DNA of 64,000 nt from Rhizophagus irregularis (taxonomy: Eukaryota): contig NC_089434.1 in NCBI RefSeq assembly GCF_026210795.1, positions 4,154,001-4,218,000 on the forward strand, read 5' to 3'. Positions 1 to 12,669 of the stretch are shown in pieces (position 1 is the first letter of the stretch; each line of letters starts with the position of its first letter). The translations under genes and the position numbers were made by a program. Below the pieces are notes generated by a model. The model was not told the DNA's origin, searched no databases, and saw only the letters and a list, made by a program, of their open reading frames with translations.

Positions 1-381
1 GAATATACTTGGTTAGTTCATTGAAGTGGAAATCCCATGCGGTGTTTGTTAGTAGTTTGGTGCATATAGTGATGCCTTTGCTTCGTTTAATATTTAATAA
101 TTTTATAATTCTGGTTGTAGTGGCTGAGTCAATCTTTCCCATCATTGCCTCCTTATACAAGAATGAAAATTCTTCTGAACAGGCTGACTTACCTATTATT
201 TTATTTAGCAAATTATCAACCATCGACTGTTTTATATCTAAACTAGAATATGCGATTTGCCGGGGGACTTCGTCCCCCAAATATAACATTTATAATTAAA
301 AAAATTCTTTGATATAAATAAATTGAATTGTATGTAAAATCACTAAAATATTACTGAATAATAAAATTTATTATAATTAGA

Positions 382-700
382 TCCTATAAAAAATCATGTT
401 TTTAATAAGGTTTTATACAATTTTTTCTTAAAAATAATATTTCTAATCTATATAGGAATACAGAAAATGCACAATTCCATATTACAAAATGCATCATTTG
501 CATGATTTGACCATAATTTATGCTGAATTTATATTGATTTGATCACAGAAATTACATACTTTAAGCATAGAATTTACATGATTTGGTTAATGAATTTACT
601 ACTTAAATTACAATTATTAATATTAGTTGCATTTATATGAATTTGATTTTAATAATATTTTATTAAATTATTAAAAATAAAAAAAATCCTTAGTATCAAT
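382..700 (+). mobile_element. Decayed left end related to the CCCTA-type element at 46869
   Basis: TCCTATAAAAAA followed by 'gaaaatgcacaattcc' and 'gatttgatcac' motifs also present at 46869-47060. Confidence 0.5.
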
Positions 701-810
701 GTGATTATAATTAGCCAATAATATAAATTAATTCTTATGATTTAAAATAATGATGCAAGTTGTAATAAGTGTTTTAAAGTTAATACAGCTACAAAAAAAT
801 GAAATCTTAT

Positions 811-2120
811 AAAAATTAATATTCAAGTAGAATCAACCCGCCTGAACAACTTTCAATTAATAAATAAAGTTGATTTCATTTGTCCAAAGTAGATATATTA
901 CGCTCTAAATTAAAAAAACAGAAAAGAGAGTTAATATCATTAAGAAAAATGCAATTTTCTTTAAGCACTACACCTACATTCATGAAAATTAATATTCAAG
1001 TGGTTTCAACCCACCTGAACAATTTTAATTAATAAATGAAGTTGATTTCATTTGTCCAAAGTAGAGTTATTACGCTCTAAATTAAAAAAAAAAACAGAAA
1101 AGAGAGTTAATATCATCAAGAAAATGCAATTTTCTCTAAGTACTACACCTACATTCATGAAAATTAATATTCAAGTAGAATCAACCCACCTGAACAACAT
1201 TCAATTAATAAATAAAGTTGATTTCATTTGTCCGAAGTGGATATATTACGCTCTAAATTAAAAAAACAGAAAAGATAAAGAGTTAATCATCAAGAAAAAT
1301 GCAATCTTCTCTAAGCACTACACCTATATTCATGAAAATTAATATTCAAGTAGAATCAACCCACCCGAACAACTTTCAATTAATAAATGAAGTTGATTTC
1401 ATTTGTCCAAAGTGGAGATATTACGCTCTAAATTAAAAAAAAACAGAAAAGAGAGTTAATATCATCAAGAAAAATGCAATCTTCTCTAAGCACTACACCT
1501 ATGTTCGTGAAAATTAATATTCAAGCAGAATCAACCCACCTGAACAACTTTCAATTAATAAATGAAGTTGATTTCATTTGTCCAAAGTGGAGATATTACG
1601 CTCTAATTAAAAAAAAAACAGAAAAAAGAGATATCATCAAGAAAAATGCAATCTTCTCTAAGTACTACACCTATATTCATGAAAATTAATATTCAAGCAG
1701 AATCAACCCACCTGAACAACTTTCAATTAATAAATGAAGTTGATTTCATTTGTCCAAAGTGGAGATATTACGCTCTAAATTAAAAAAAACAGAAAAGAGA
1801 GTTAATATCATCAAGAAAAATGCAATCTTCTCTAAGCACTACACCTATATTCATGAAAATTAATATTCAAGTAGAATCAACCCGCCTGAACAACTTTCAA
1901 TTAATAAATGAAGTTGATTTCATTTGTCCAAAGTGGAGATATTACGCTCTAAATTAAAAAAAAAACAGAAAAGAGAGTTAATATCATCAAGAAAAATGCA
2001 ATCTTCTCTAAGCACTACATCTACATTCATGAAAATTAATATTCAAGTGCTTTTAACCCGCCTGAACAACTTTCAATTAATAAATGAAGTTGATTTCATT
2101 TGTTCAAAGTGGAGATTATA
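811..2120. repeat. Tandem array, ~175-bp unit, ~7.5 copies
   Basis: ATTCAAG anchor at 821, 994, 1169, 1344, 1519, 1691, 1865, 2041 (periods 172-176 bp); units nearly identical. Confidence 0.95.
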
Positions 2121-3019
2121 GTGTGTTTGAAAAAAGAAGTTTAATTTAAAAAAATTTTATATAAAAAAAAATGTAATATAAAAATTAAGAACTGAGTTGA
2201 CAAAAATTTGAAATAACATGAATTTTAAATTAATTCTTTCATTAATTATAAATTCAAGTAGTTTAAAAATAAAAATAGTAAAAAAAAATATTTTTTATGA
2301 AATATCACAGTATTTTTTAAAAGAAATACACTTATAATTTTAATTTGTAATTATGTAATATCCAAATATTTAATCTTACAAATAGAAAAAAATGTAAAAA
2401 AAATTTTATGATGTTTTTATAAAAAAAGAAAAAATTTTAAATTTTTGAAAAAAAATTTCGTCTAACACTTTTTTAATTGATTATCACAAGATCTGCATGA
2501 TCATCTATACGTTTTTAATTTTTTTAACTTTATTTATTTCTTAAATAAGGGGGACTTCGTCCCCCAAGCATATCATTTGTTCATATATGCCAATTTTTGG
2601 AATTAGCACTTTTTGATTCTAAAAAACAAACTTTACCAAATTACTGGTTGCACAAAATAATAATCTATGAATAAAATTGTTAATCATATTTTTTTTAATA
2701 CACCATTATTGAAATTTAAATAATCATTATAAAATTCTTGGAACAAAATTGCAAATAACTTGATGTCTATGTAAGATAAATGGATGAATTTATATTCATC
2801 CAAAAGAGAAAATTAAGACCTATCTAATGAATCCAAAAACAAATGAATTGATTCACTGGTTGCCGAGCAAATGCATTCAATATATTTTTTTTTTAATTTT
2901 TATCTTTGATTGTTGATATCACCATGCCTAGTAATGCTAAAATAAAGTACATTCTTACCTTTCAAATGAGTTTAAAATTATTTGATTAGCATATATGAAT
3001 GCCAAGATATTAATGAACT

Positions 3020-3119
3020 TGTTAATTGCATAAACTGACATAAAGTTATCATTTCTTATCAAAAAAAAATGTTAATTGCATAAACTGACATAAAGTTATC
3101 ATTTCTTATCAAAAAAAAA
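3020..3119. repeat. 50-bp tandem duplication
   Basis: GTTAATTGCATAAACTGACATAAAGTTATCATTTCTTATC plus A-run at 3021 and 3071. Confidence 0.9.
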
Positions 3120-3715
3120 ATTTTAGAATCTTATTAACTTAAAAAAAATAAAAAATCTTATATTATAGCTTATATTTTTAATATTTTATATAAAAAAAAG
3201 TAGGGAACTGAAGTTAAACAAATAAAAAATAATTTTTTCTTATGAATAATAATTTTTTTTTTTACTTACTGTTTAAAATAACCACTTTATATATTTATTA
3301 ATTTTTTTTAACAAAAAAGTGATTGAAAAGTGATTGAAAAAAAGAATTGGTTATTACCTTTGTTTTTGAATATAATAAAAAAAATTTTTTTATTTTCTGA
3401 TAAATTTGGATTATCTGAACATATAACACATATTTAATTTAGGTTTATAAAAGTTAAATGGATAAAATTTTATGAAAAATTTAATTTTGGGTTAACTTTA
3501 CTAACTGAAAGTTTCTTGAAGTTAAATCAGATGACCTTTGATTAAATATGTATTAAATTTTTTGTAAAGTTTAAAAATTGATAAGTATTGAATAAAAAGT
3601 AAAATAATTCTACAAAAAATAATATAGCATTAAACAATACAATGAGCAATTCTTGAGTGAATAATGTTCAGTAAATGTCAATAATCAGTACATAATATTA
3701 TTTTGCGTATTGTTT

Positions 3716-3946
3716 AAAGCTCCTGGCCAAATGGTTCCAATTTTTATTTTTTTTGATAATGTGTCAAAATAACTCGCCATCTATCGATGCTAAAATGATG
3801 ATTTTGGCATCATTTGAAAGCTCTCAATAAGAGGATTCTAATGAGCTCTTAATCATCTTTCTACGATCACTGGATGGTGAGTTATTACGTGAAAACGATT
3901 CTGACCAATTAAAAAAGAATTGAAAATTGGAACTGTTCGGAGCTTT
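3716..3946. mobile_element. Fold-back MITE (~230 bp)
   Basis: Imperfect TIR AAAGCTCC..GTTCCAATTTT / AAAATTGGAAC..GGAGCTTT, plus an inner imperfect inverted pair (~3768-3803 vs ~3851-3886). Confidence 0.6.
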
Positions 3947-4379
3947 TTTATTATTCAATGTTTTGATCATTGAAATGATCAACGCACTAGTATTATTGGT
4001 TTAATTTTTAATATAAAAATTATATTGTAATGGATAAAATAATTAAAACAATACAATATATTATTTTTATTTAATAAATTTTAGTAAAAACTTCATTATT
4101 TAATTAAATGTTAATTAAATTTAATTGTTTTTTCATTTTTTAATTTTTTTTAATTTTTTTTATTTATCTCTTTGACGATGATCAAAGAAAAAAGATGATC
4201 AACAAAATTTTTTTTTACAAAAGTTTATTATTTGATAATTAAACTTAACAAGCAATAAGAGTATCACAGAAGTGCCCAATTTATGATTTTATTCTAATGA
4301 TGTCAAAAGAAGCAATATTTGCATATAGCAATATTTTTTGAAATATTAGCATTAAATAATGTATTACTATTGAAATTGC

Positions 4380-4452
4380 GAATATGCATATGCATATGCA
4401 TATGCATATGCTGTTGCGATTGCATATGCATATGCAATATGCAATATGCATA
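4380..4452. repeat. (GCATAT)n microsatellite-like tract
   Basis: Repeated GCATAT/GCAATAT units. Confidence 0.8.
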
Positions 4453-4735
4453 TTTATATATATATAAATTTGAACTCTAAAGTTCGCGTTGCACACTTCC
4501 AAATTTCTGAAAAAATACTTGAAGATCACACAACAAATACCAAATTAAGCGAAAAAGTACATTTATTTGGAAAGTGATCATCAATAACTATCACATTAAA
4601 AGTATACTATCGCGAATAAATCTTTTCTTAATGAGACTTCTTCTTCTTTGTATTCAAGACCATTTTTACTGCGGAATTTTTAAAGGAAAAAGTTCAATTT
4701 TAAGAGTAAGTTTATTAAGTTTTAACTTGTTCGAG

Positions 4736-6826
4736 ATGTCAGGGTCGCAACCTAGGGTCCACGCCACTCGGTCAAGTACAAGACAGCAACAAGATAAAGA
4801 AGTTAACAAACCAGGACAACAGCAAACTCTTCAAGACTCGATACATAAACCAGTCTTCAATATCAATCCTATTATTCAGGATTGGCAACCTGCAAGTTCT
4901 CGTAAAACTAAAAGAAAAGATAAAGAAAAACAAGTTGAACAAAAACAACAGAAAAAACAACTTCGTTTGTCTTTTAGGCAACATAAATCTACTGAAAAAA
5001 CTACTGATGATATGGATATTAGTCAAGATACTTTTGCTTCTTCATCTGAAAGCGGTGGCGCAGCAAAATCCAATACAGATAATCAAGTAACACCAGAAAA
5101 TCTAGATGCACCAATTGATGGTGAAAAAAATGATGAAATGATCATCGACAATGGAAAAATTGATAATCAAACAGATGATCAATCTTTTAATAAGGATAAT
5201 CAGAAAAATGGTGATACTAATGACATAATTAGTGATAATCATTCAGAAATTTTTAATAAGGCTAAACCTATTTTAGTTAAAATCAAAAAAGATTCTATTC
5301 CAGGAAACAATATTATTCAAAAAAAGTTTAATTTGAGAAAACAACTAGCTGGAATTAATGTTACCCTGACCGGGGGAGTTATCTTAAATAAGAAAGAACC
5401 CGAATTTATCATTTTACCAATCATGAAAAATGATTATGATAAAATTATTAATCTAGAAATTGATATTATTGATGATGAACAGTCACATGAAAATGGTGAA
5501 GATGCAGAGTCGAGTACTAATAGTAAGGTTAAGGAAATAATAAAATTTACACCATATCAAAAAACTAAAAAAGTTTTTACTGAAGAAGAAATTAAAGACA
5601 GAAATTGTAGAACGATTAAAGTTATAAATATTCCAATTGAAATTCCTAATTATCAAATTAGAGCTGTATTTAACAAATATGGTGAAATAGAAGAAAATGG
5701 CTTTTATACCAGAATTAGAAATTTATATATTCAAGCTTTTATTACATATAAAAAAGAAGAAAGTCTACAAAAATTTTACAAAGGCATATGGTCAGAATGG
5801 ATTGGAAAACATCAAGTACTTATTGTGCCAAAAATTTTGTCAGAAGATGAAATAGAAAAAAGATCAATGTATACAGTTAAATTAACTGGATTACCATGGA
5901 ATTCAACTGCTTATGATATACATGAAGCTTTAGAAGTTAACAATCCTAAGTATATTTTTATACCACGTAATCCAAATAATAATAAACCATTGAATTATGC
6001 AATAGTTTATTATGAAAATGATGAAGATATAGGTATTGCAGCAGAAAGAAATATTATTTTTTGTAATAGAACGCTTCATTGGGGAACTCCAGGTGAAAAA
6101 TCATGCCATAGATGTGGTTCCTTTGATCATTTAATTAGTAAGTGTGATATTGAACCATCTGCTAAACCACGTGTAATGAATAGAAAGCAAAAGCTTAAGG
6201 AGTTTCGTCAAGAAAATAACAAGAAGTTTAAAAAAGGCAGTTATGCAAATGTAACAAAACAAAATTCATTTGAAAAACGTCAGCAAAGTAATAATTCAAA
6301 TAATTATTCTAAATATAATAATGGAAATATTAATAGATATTGGAATAAAAATATTTCACGTGATAGAAATAATAACGTTAATGAAAAGTCACTTGATCAA
6401 GGAATTTTCACGCAAATTAAACAACTTAATGAGAATTTGAATAAATTAGCTAATGATTTCAAAAAAATCCAACAAGAAAACTATCGTATTAAATCTGAAT
6501 TTTATAAATATAAAGAAAACAAGTCTACAACAAGTTCAGGAAAAAATATTAAAGTCAATCAAGATAGAAGTACAATCGCCTTACAAAATGAGAATAACAA
6601 AAGATCAAGAGTTGATAATGAACAACTTGAAGCCTCAGGATCTTCAGATATAGAAAATAGTTTAAATAAACAAAATAACGAAATTAATAGATTCGGTGAT
6701 GCTTTATCAACTATGAGTAAAAATATCTCAAAAATTATGGAATATTTTACTTCTGACAATAATAATGACGTTAATAATTTTCAAGGGGATAAAATTATTG
6801 ACAATAATGAATCCCATGAGGATTAA
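4736..6826 (+). CDS. LINE ORF1p: two RRM-like domains, CCHC knuckle, probable C-terminal coiled coil (696 aa)
   Basis: TIKVINIP..VFNKYGEI and TVKLTGLP RRM-like motifs; CHRCGSFDHLISKC = CX2CX4HX4C; ATG 4736 lies downstream of the TSD-defined 5' end. Confidence 0.88.
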   Translation: MSGSQPRVHATRSSTRQQQDKEVNKPGQQQTLQDSIHKPVFNINPIIQDWQPASSRKTKRKDKEKQVEQKQQKKQLRLSFRQHKSTEKTTDDMDISQDTFASSSESGGAAKSNTDNQVTPENLDAPIDGEKNDEMIIDNGKIDNQTDDQSFNKDNQKNGDTNDIISDNHSEIFNKAKPILVKIKKDSIPGNNIIQKKFNLRKQLAGINVTLTGGVILNKKEPEFIILPIMKNDYDKIINLEIDIIDDEQSHENGEDAESSTNSKVKEIIKFTPYQKTKKVFTEEEIKDRNCRTIKVINIPIEIPNYQIRAVFNKYGEIEENGFYTRIRNLYIQAFITYKKEESLQKFYKGIWSEWIGKHQVLIVPKILSEDEIEKRSMYTVKLTGLPWNSTAYDIHEALEVNNPKYIFIPRNPNNNKPLNYAIVYYENDEDIGIAAERNIIFCNRTLHWGTPGEKSCHRCGSFDHLISKCDIEPSAKPRVMNRKQKLKEFRQENNKKFKKGSYANVTKQNSFEKRQQSNNSNNYSKYNNGNINRYWNKNISRDRNNNVNEKSLDQGIFTQIKQLNENLNKLANDFKKIQQENYRIKSEFYKYKENKSTTSSGKNIKVNQDRSTIALQNENNKRSRVDNEQLEASGSSDIENSLNKQNNEINRFGDALSTMSKNISKIMEYFTSDNNNDVNNFQGDKIIDNNESHED

Positions 6827-6849
6827 ATACCCTTTAAATATTATCTTTA

Positions 6850-9800
6850 ATGATGAACAATAAAAAAACACATTCTTTTAAGAAAAAACATTATAATAAT
6901 CCTTCCCCTGTTAATCAAAAATCACGTTCAAATTTAAATAATCAACAAATTTATCATCTGAAAACACGTCAATGACTCAATTTATCAGATATAATTAAAA
7001 TAGCTTCATTGAATATTAAAGGTATAACTGATGTTAAAAAACAATTCTTAATTGATATATTAGGTGAATATAATATAACTATTTTGGGTCTATCAGAAAC
7101 TAATATATCGAACAAAATGGCAAAACATTCTTTTAATTTTTATAGAAATAATTATGTTACTTATTTTGCAAATGAGGAAACTAATTATAGGGGAAATGGC
7201 GTAGGTCTTATTATTAAGAAAAATTATGCACGGCATATAGTCAATTATAATAGCTTCAAAGGAAGAATTATATATGTTGATTTTATTTTTAGTGGAAATA
7301 AAAAAATGAGAATCATTAATTATTATGGAAAATCTGGACGAGTTACTTTAGACAATTTTAATCAAGAAGTTAAAATTTATTTTGATAAAATCAAAGAATT
7401 GGTTAGAGAAAGTAAAGCACAAAATGCAGAAATTATTCTTCTTGGTGATTTTAATCTTCATTATGAAAAATATCTAGATGATAAAAATAATAATCGTAAA
7501 ATGAAAAAAGAACATAAACTTTTTGAATGGATTGAAGATGAACAAAATTTTTATGATCCTTTCTATATCATGTTCGATAATTTATCACAACATTCCTTAA
7601 ATACTTTCTATCCTTTTAATACAAATCAAAATCCTTCTAGAATAGATTACATTTGGGTAACAGAAAATTTATTTTCAGAAACACAAGAATGCAAAATTGT
7701 TAATACAACAACAATTAATACTGATCATAGAATGTTAGTGTATTCAATATGGTCAGAAGATTTGATTGGGAATATTGCTAATATCAAACGGAAGGAAGGA
7801 TTTAAAGAAGTTTATAAGTATGATAAAATGGATGGAGAGCAGTGGGAATTATTTCAGAATGATCTTAATAAATACATTTCAAATTCAGAAATTTTAAAAT
7901 TTAATTTTAACGATAAAAATAATATTAATCATATATGGGATAAGATCAAAAAAGGTCTTGTTCAAGCTAGTAAAAATTGTATTCCAATAGAAAAAATCAA
8001 ATTAACTAAAAGTCGAGTCAACCCAATGAAAATATCTAATGCATATAAAGTAATGAAATTTTTAATAAATTTCAGACGTTCAATTAAAGATTCAAGAAAA
8101 AGAAATCATGTAATCAGAAATTGGATTACATATAGAAAAAAATTATTGGAAATTGGAAGAGAAAAAAGTGATTATTGTTGGAATAAAATTCCTAAGGATG
8201 ATAAAAGTGTCAAGGAAATTTTTGAAGAAATAAAAAATTTATATCAAATTTATTTAATCCTATATAATCACGATCTTTTACAATTCAAAGAAGAAAAAAT
8301 TAAACTAGCAATTGACCAACGCTGTGAAGATTTATTAGAAAATCAAAAACGTATGATTAATAGTGTAATGGAACGTGAAATTAAATCCATTGTATTAGAC
8401 AGAGTTCTAATTAAAGAAAATAATGAAGATAAATTAATCACTGATGAAGAAAAAATAAAAGATATTGTAAATGATCATTTTCAAAATATTGCAGGATCAA
8501 CAAACCAACCTAAGATTTTATCAGAATATTGGGCAAAATTTTATTTTCCACAAGATGAAATTAATGATAAAATTTATAAAGATTTGATGGTAGAGCCTAC
8601 AAATGATGAATTGAATGAAGCTTTAAATAAATTATCTAATAATAAAGCTTCTGGACCTACGGGTATTAGTAATGAAATGTTGAAACACACATCTCCAGAA
8701 TTTAAAGAAATTATTAGAAAATTAATTATTTTAATTTTTAATAATCAAGAGATACCATTAGAATGGAAATATGCTAATGTTTATCCTATACCAAAACCAA
8801 AGCCATGGGGTTGTCAACTAGTTAATACACGCCCAATAACTTTATTGGAAACGGCTAGGAAATTAATGGTATCAATAATGAATGCAAGATTATCAACAAT
8901 TCTTCAGAAAAACAAAATTCTTAAAGGTTTACAATTTGCTGGATTGCCTTTCAGTTCAACTTTTGAACCATTAAGAATTATTAATGAAATAATTCAAGAT
9001 GCTAATGAGAATGATAAGGAACTGTGGATTTTATCATTAGACATGTCAAAAGCGTATGATCGTGTTAATATTTTTATGTTAGAAAAAGCAATGCAACGTC
9101 TTAAAATACCAAGTTCTTTTATTAATTTAACAAAAGAGTTGTTTTTAGGACGGAAAAATAGTGTATTTACAGCAGGAGGATTAAGTAATCCATATGATGT
9201 AATGGTTGGAATCGATCAAGGGGAAATAATCTCACCACTTTTGTGGTGTATATATTATGATCCACTTTTTACTGCCATACAGCAAGAACACTTTGGATAT
9301 CGTGTAAAGGCAAAAAGAAAATCAATTTATATGAAAATATAGAGGTAGAAGTAAAACAAAACATTACCAGCATGGCATATATGGATGATACTAATATGTT
9401 AGCTGGCAATAAAGAAGAATTAGAAAAAATATTAAAAACAGCTGATGACTTCTATACTCTTAACGATATTCAAATAAATAAAGAAAAATCTGAATTGTTA
9501 CTTAAGAAAAAGAATTTTAATTTTAATGAAAAAATAGAGTTAGAATTTGGCAATCAGAAAATCAAAATCAAACCTAAAGGAAAAACAGAAAGTCTTAGAA
9601 TCTTGGGTGTTTGGTTCAATATATATAATGATAACAATTTTATCAAACAACAAGCCTTTGATGAAGTCAAAAATTTAAGTAATAACCTGCTGAAGAACAA
9701 ATGCATAACAGATAAAATTAGTTCCTATATTTTTAATGCTGTAATATTACCACGTATCGAATATAGGACACAAACGATAATACTATCAGAAAAAGATTGT

Positions 9801-12353
9801 GAAAAAATCATGGTTCCTTATAGAAAAAATTTTAAAAATAAATTAAAGTTAGCTTCAACTGCACCAAATATAATTATGGAATTGAATTTATTATATAATA
9901 TTCGTTCAATTTTTGATAATCAATTGCAAGCTAAGGTTAATAATTTTATAATTCAAATTAATGATCAAGGAATTCTAGGAAAAATAATGGAGATTCGTTT
10001 AGTAGATATTCAAAATAAACTACTTTTACCTTTCAATCCTTTAATTAATTTTCCTTTTTCTAATAAAGATTTAATCTTTATGGGTCAACATTTGCGAAAT
10101 AATTTTATTATTAATAATTTATTATTAATGAAAAGTTATAATTTTAGTATAGAATTTAATAAACACAATATTGGGAAAAATAGTACTGTATTAGGAAGGG
10201 GTCGTCATATTATGGAAATTGTTGGAACTGAAAGTTTTTTGAAAAATATAAAAATTTTACGTATGAATAATTTATACTTTTTAGACCAATTTTTATCTCC
10301 TGATAACAAAACTCTTCTGACATGGTGGAATATAAAAAATAAGATATTTGCTCTTAGTAATAATAGAAATAGTAATGTAGTTAATATGCCAAATATATAT
10401 AAAAAAATTCAGTCTTTAGTTACAACTAATGGAAAAAATTATAATGTTAAAGAGGAATATATAGATAATAATGTAGTCACAAATTTGGGTGGTTATGAAT
10501 TTTTACCAATTAATATTCATATTAATAATATTATAACATCTTTTAATATGTTTCATTTTGAAAATATTTATGGAAAAATAATTGAAGAAAAGCCCTTTAC
10601 ATATATTTTTGAACATTTTAAAAGAATATCGAACACAAGTGAAATTAATTTGTTTATTAAAGTATGTAATGGTTGTGAATATAATATTGGTCAAATAGAG
10701 GGTAAATGTATAATAGAATCAATGAAAACTGAAATATATGAAGTGAGATATAAAAGACTTATTAAATGGAAGGGATATAAGGCATATCTTCTAAAGGAAG
10801 CACAACATAATTATATGGAAAATATTATAAGATATGATCAATTTTTCAAACGAAACCCTTTATATTACTCTTCATATGATAATTATCAATTACGTTTTGA
10901 TGAAAATAGTTTAGATATTATTGAAAAATATATAGATTTATCATTAGATAAACAGAAATTATTTGATTCAAGAAAAATTTTATATGATTCAAATGTTAAA
11001 GATTTTGTTTGCTATACAGATGGTTCAATTAAAAATATTACCAAAGAATATGTATCAGCTACTTTTGGAACAACTTTTTATAATTTGTCCTTGCAAAAAA
11101 TTTTGGAATTAATATCATCTTATAATAATTGGATTTCATCAACACGTGCAGAAATTTTTGCTTTATTAATTACTTTGCTAATAGCACCTTCTAATAGTAA
11201 TTTAACAGTTTATACAGATAGTGCTAGCGTTATTAGTAATTTTGAAAAATTTAAATTTTATAATTTTACTTTAGTTACTAGACAAATTTTTAAAATTAGT
11301 AATAACAACATTCTTTGGAAAATAATTATGGATATTATTAAAGAAAATAATTTATCTGTTAATATATTTAAAGTTAATGCTCATACAGATGATTCTTTAA
11401 ATAATTATGTCGACAATATTGTTTCTTTGGCACATAATGATCAAAATTTAGGAATTAATTTAAATTATAATAATTTTTATGATCTTCCTTGGATTCCCAA
11501 ATGGAATGGCATAGTTATAGAAAAATCTTTAAGAAAGTTAATTACATTAACAACCAATACGAAAAATTTGGAAAGGTTTTTAAATTTAAATAGAAATGAT
11601 AAGTATAGAAAATGTGAAATAGATTGGTCAATTTTTTTTAATAATTTTTTGGGAGAAAAACAAAAATTATACACTGATTTCAAAGAATCAAAAATTAGAA
11701 GACGCAAAATTCAGTTGATGATTGAAGAACTTTCTTGCATTGAACAAATTAAAAGAACTTTATTTTCATTATATAAAGAAAGATTTTGTCCTATGTGTGA
11801 AGAGGATGAAGAAGATTTCAATCATATCTGGTTTTGTGAAGAAAGACGAGAGGATATGGATGATTTAATTTCAGGAGTACAAAATTGGCTTCTTTTAGAA
11901 ATTAATAAAATTTTAGATCCTATTAATCATATTACTCTTGAACATATTAAAAATCTCAATGATATTTGGAAACTTGAAGTATCAGAGGATCACATAACTT
12001 TTATAGATTTAATTAAAGGTTTCTTTCCTTGTTCGTTAATTAATTTTTTTAAACAATTATTATCTACGAAATCAAAAGTTGAAATTTTGTCATATAATTT
12101 TAGGAATGAAATTTTGGATAAATCTATGATTTTTTGGAAAGTGAGGTGTAATAAACTTAATGAAATTGATAGAGGTTTGGGAATTGATAAAAATGTTAAA
12201 AAACAACATTTTGGTAAAGAGCAGTTTATTGACAAAACGCGTAAATCAAAAAATAAGAAATACTTTAATCTACAAAGTCTTCAAAGTCATATTTATTTTG
12301 GGGGTAATACAATAGATTACTATAATATTGTTGATTACGGTAGTGTTTCGTAG
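6850..12353 (+). CDS. LINE ORF2p: APE endonuclease - RT - RNase H - CCHC finger; interrupted by one stop and one frameshift
   Basis: APE: SLNIKG, LSET, LGDFN, RIDYIW, TDH. RT: RPITLL, DMSKAYD, GIDQG, YMDD. RNase H: YTDGS, STRAE, YTDS, KVNAH, NNYVD. Finger: CPMC..NHIWFC. In-frame TGA at 6973; frameshift near A-run 9312-9321. Confidence 0.92.
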
Positions 12354-12669
12354 TATTATTTTTATTATCTTTTGATGTTGTAGTAGTAATTAAAGGAGTT
12401 GTGGTGAGTTTTTATATAACATTACCGAAGTCCATACGAATAGTAGTAGTTATGCGGATAGTTTAGTGAACCTATTTGGGTGAGCAGGATGGTAGATAGT
12501 TCTTTTGAACATAAAATCTTAAGTCCCTAATAATATTATAGTACTAGTTCGATCGTGTTCTTTACTAAATGTTATATAATGTAGATCTTTTCCTTTTTTG
12601 TAATTTTTCTTATTTCTAAATAAAGTTGACTTCGTTAAAAAAAAAAAAAAAAATAAATCTTTTCTTAAT

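Larger units (their letters stand above)
262..2567. mobile_element. Putative non-autonomous element bounded by identical direct-repeat hairpins GGGGGACTTCGTCCCCCAA
   Basis: Same 19-mer at 262-280 and 2549-2567 (7-bp stem, 3-nt loop) in very AT-rich DNA; encloses a tandem array; no TSD seen. Confidence 0.45.
4633..12653 (+). mobile_element. Full-length non-LTR retrotransposon (LINE) with RNase H
   Basis: Perfect 18-bp TSD AATAAATCTTTTCTTAAT at 4615-4632 and 12652-12669; AATAAA 12619-12624; A17 tail 12637-12653; ORF1 + ORF2. Confidence 0.95.

Noticed and set aside
1..260. Open minus-strand frame, maybe a LINE ORF2 C-terminus
   Set aside because: Runs off the window edge and has no diagnostic motif
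811..2120. CRISPR array or repeat-protein ORFs (1052, 1474, 1924)
   Set aside because: Units are contiguous with no unique spacers, and the ORFs shift frame with A-run length
4574..4735. N-terminal extension of ORF1 in the ORF track
   Set aside because: Non-ATG start lying outside the TSD-defined element; ATG 4736 is preferred
9312..9345. Programmed ribosomal frameshift in ORF2
   Set aside because: Falls mid-RT at an A-run; a mutation or sequencing error is simpler
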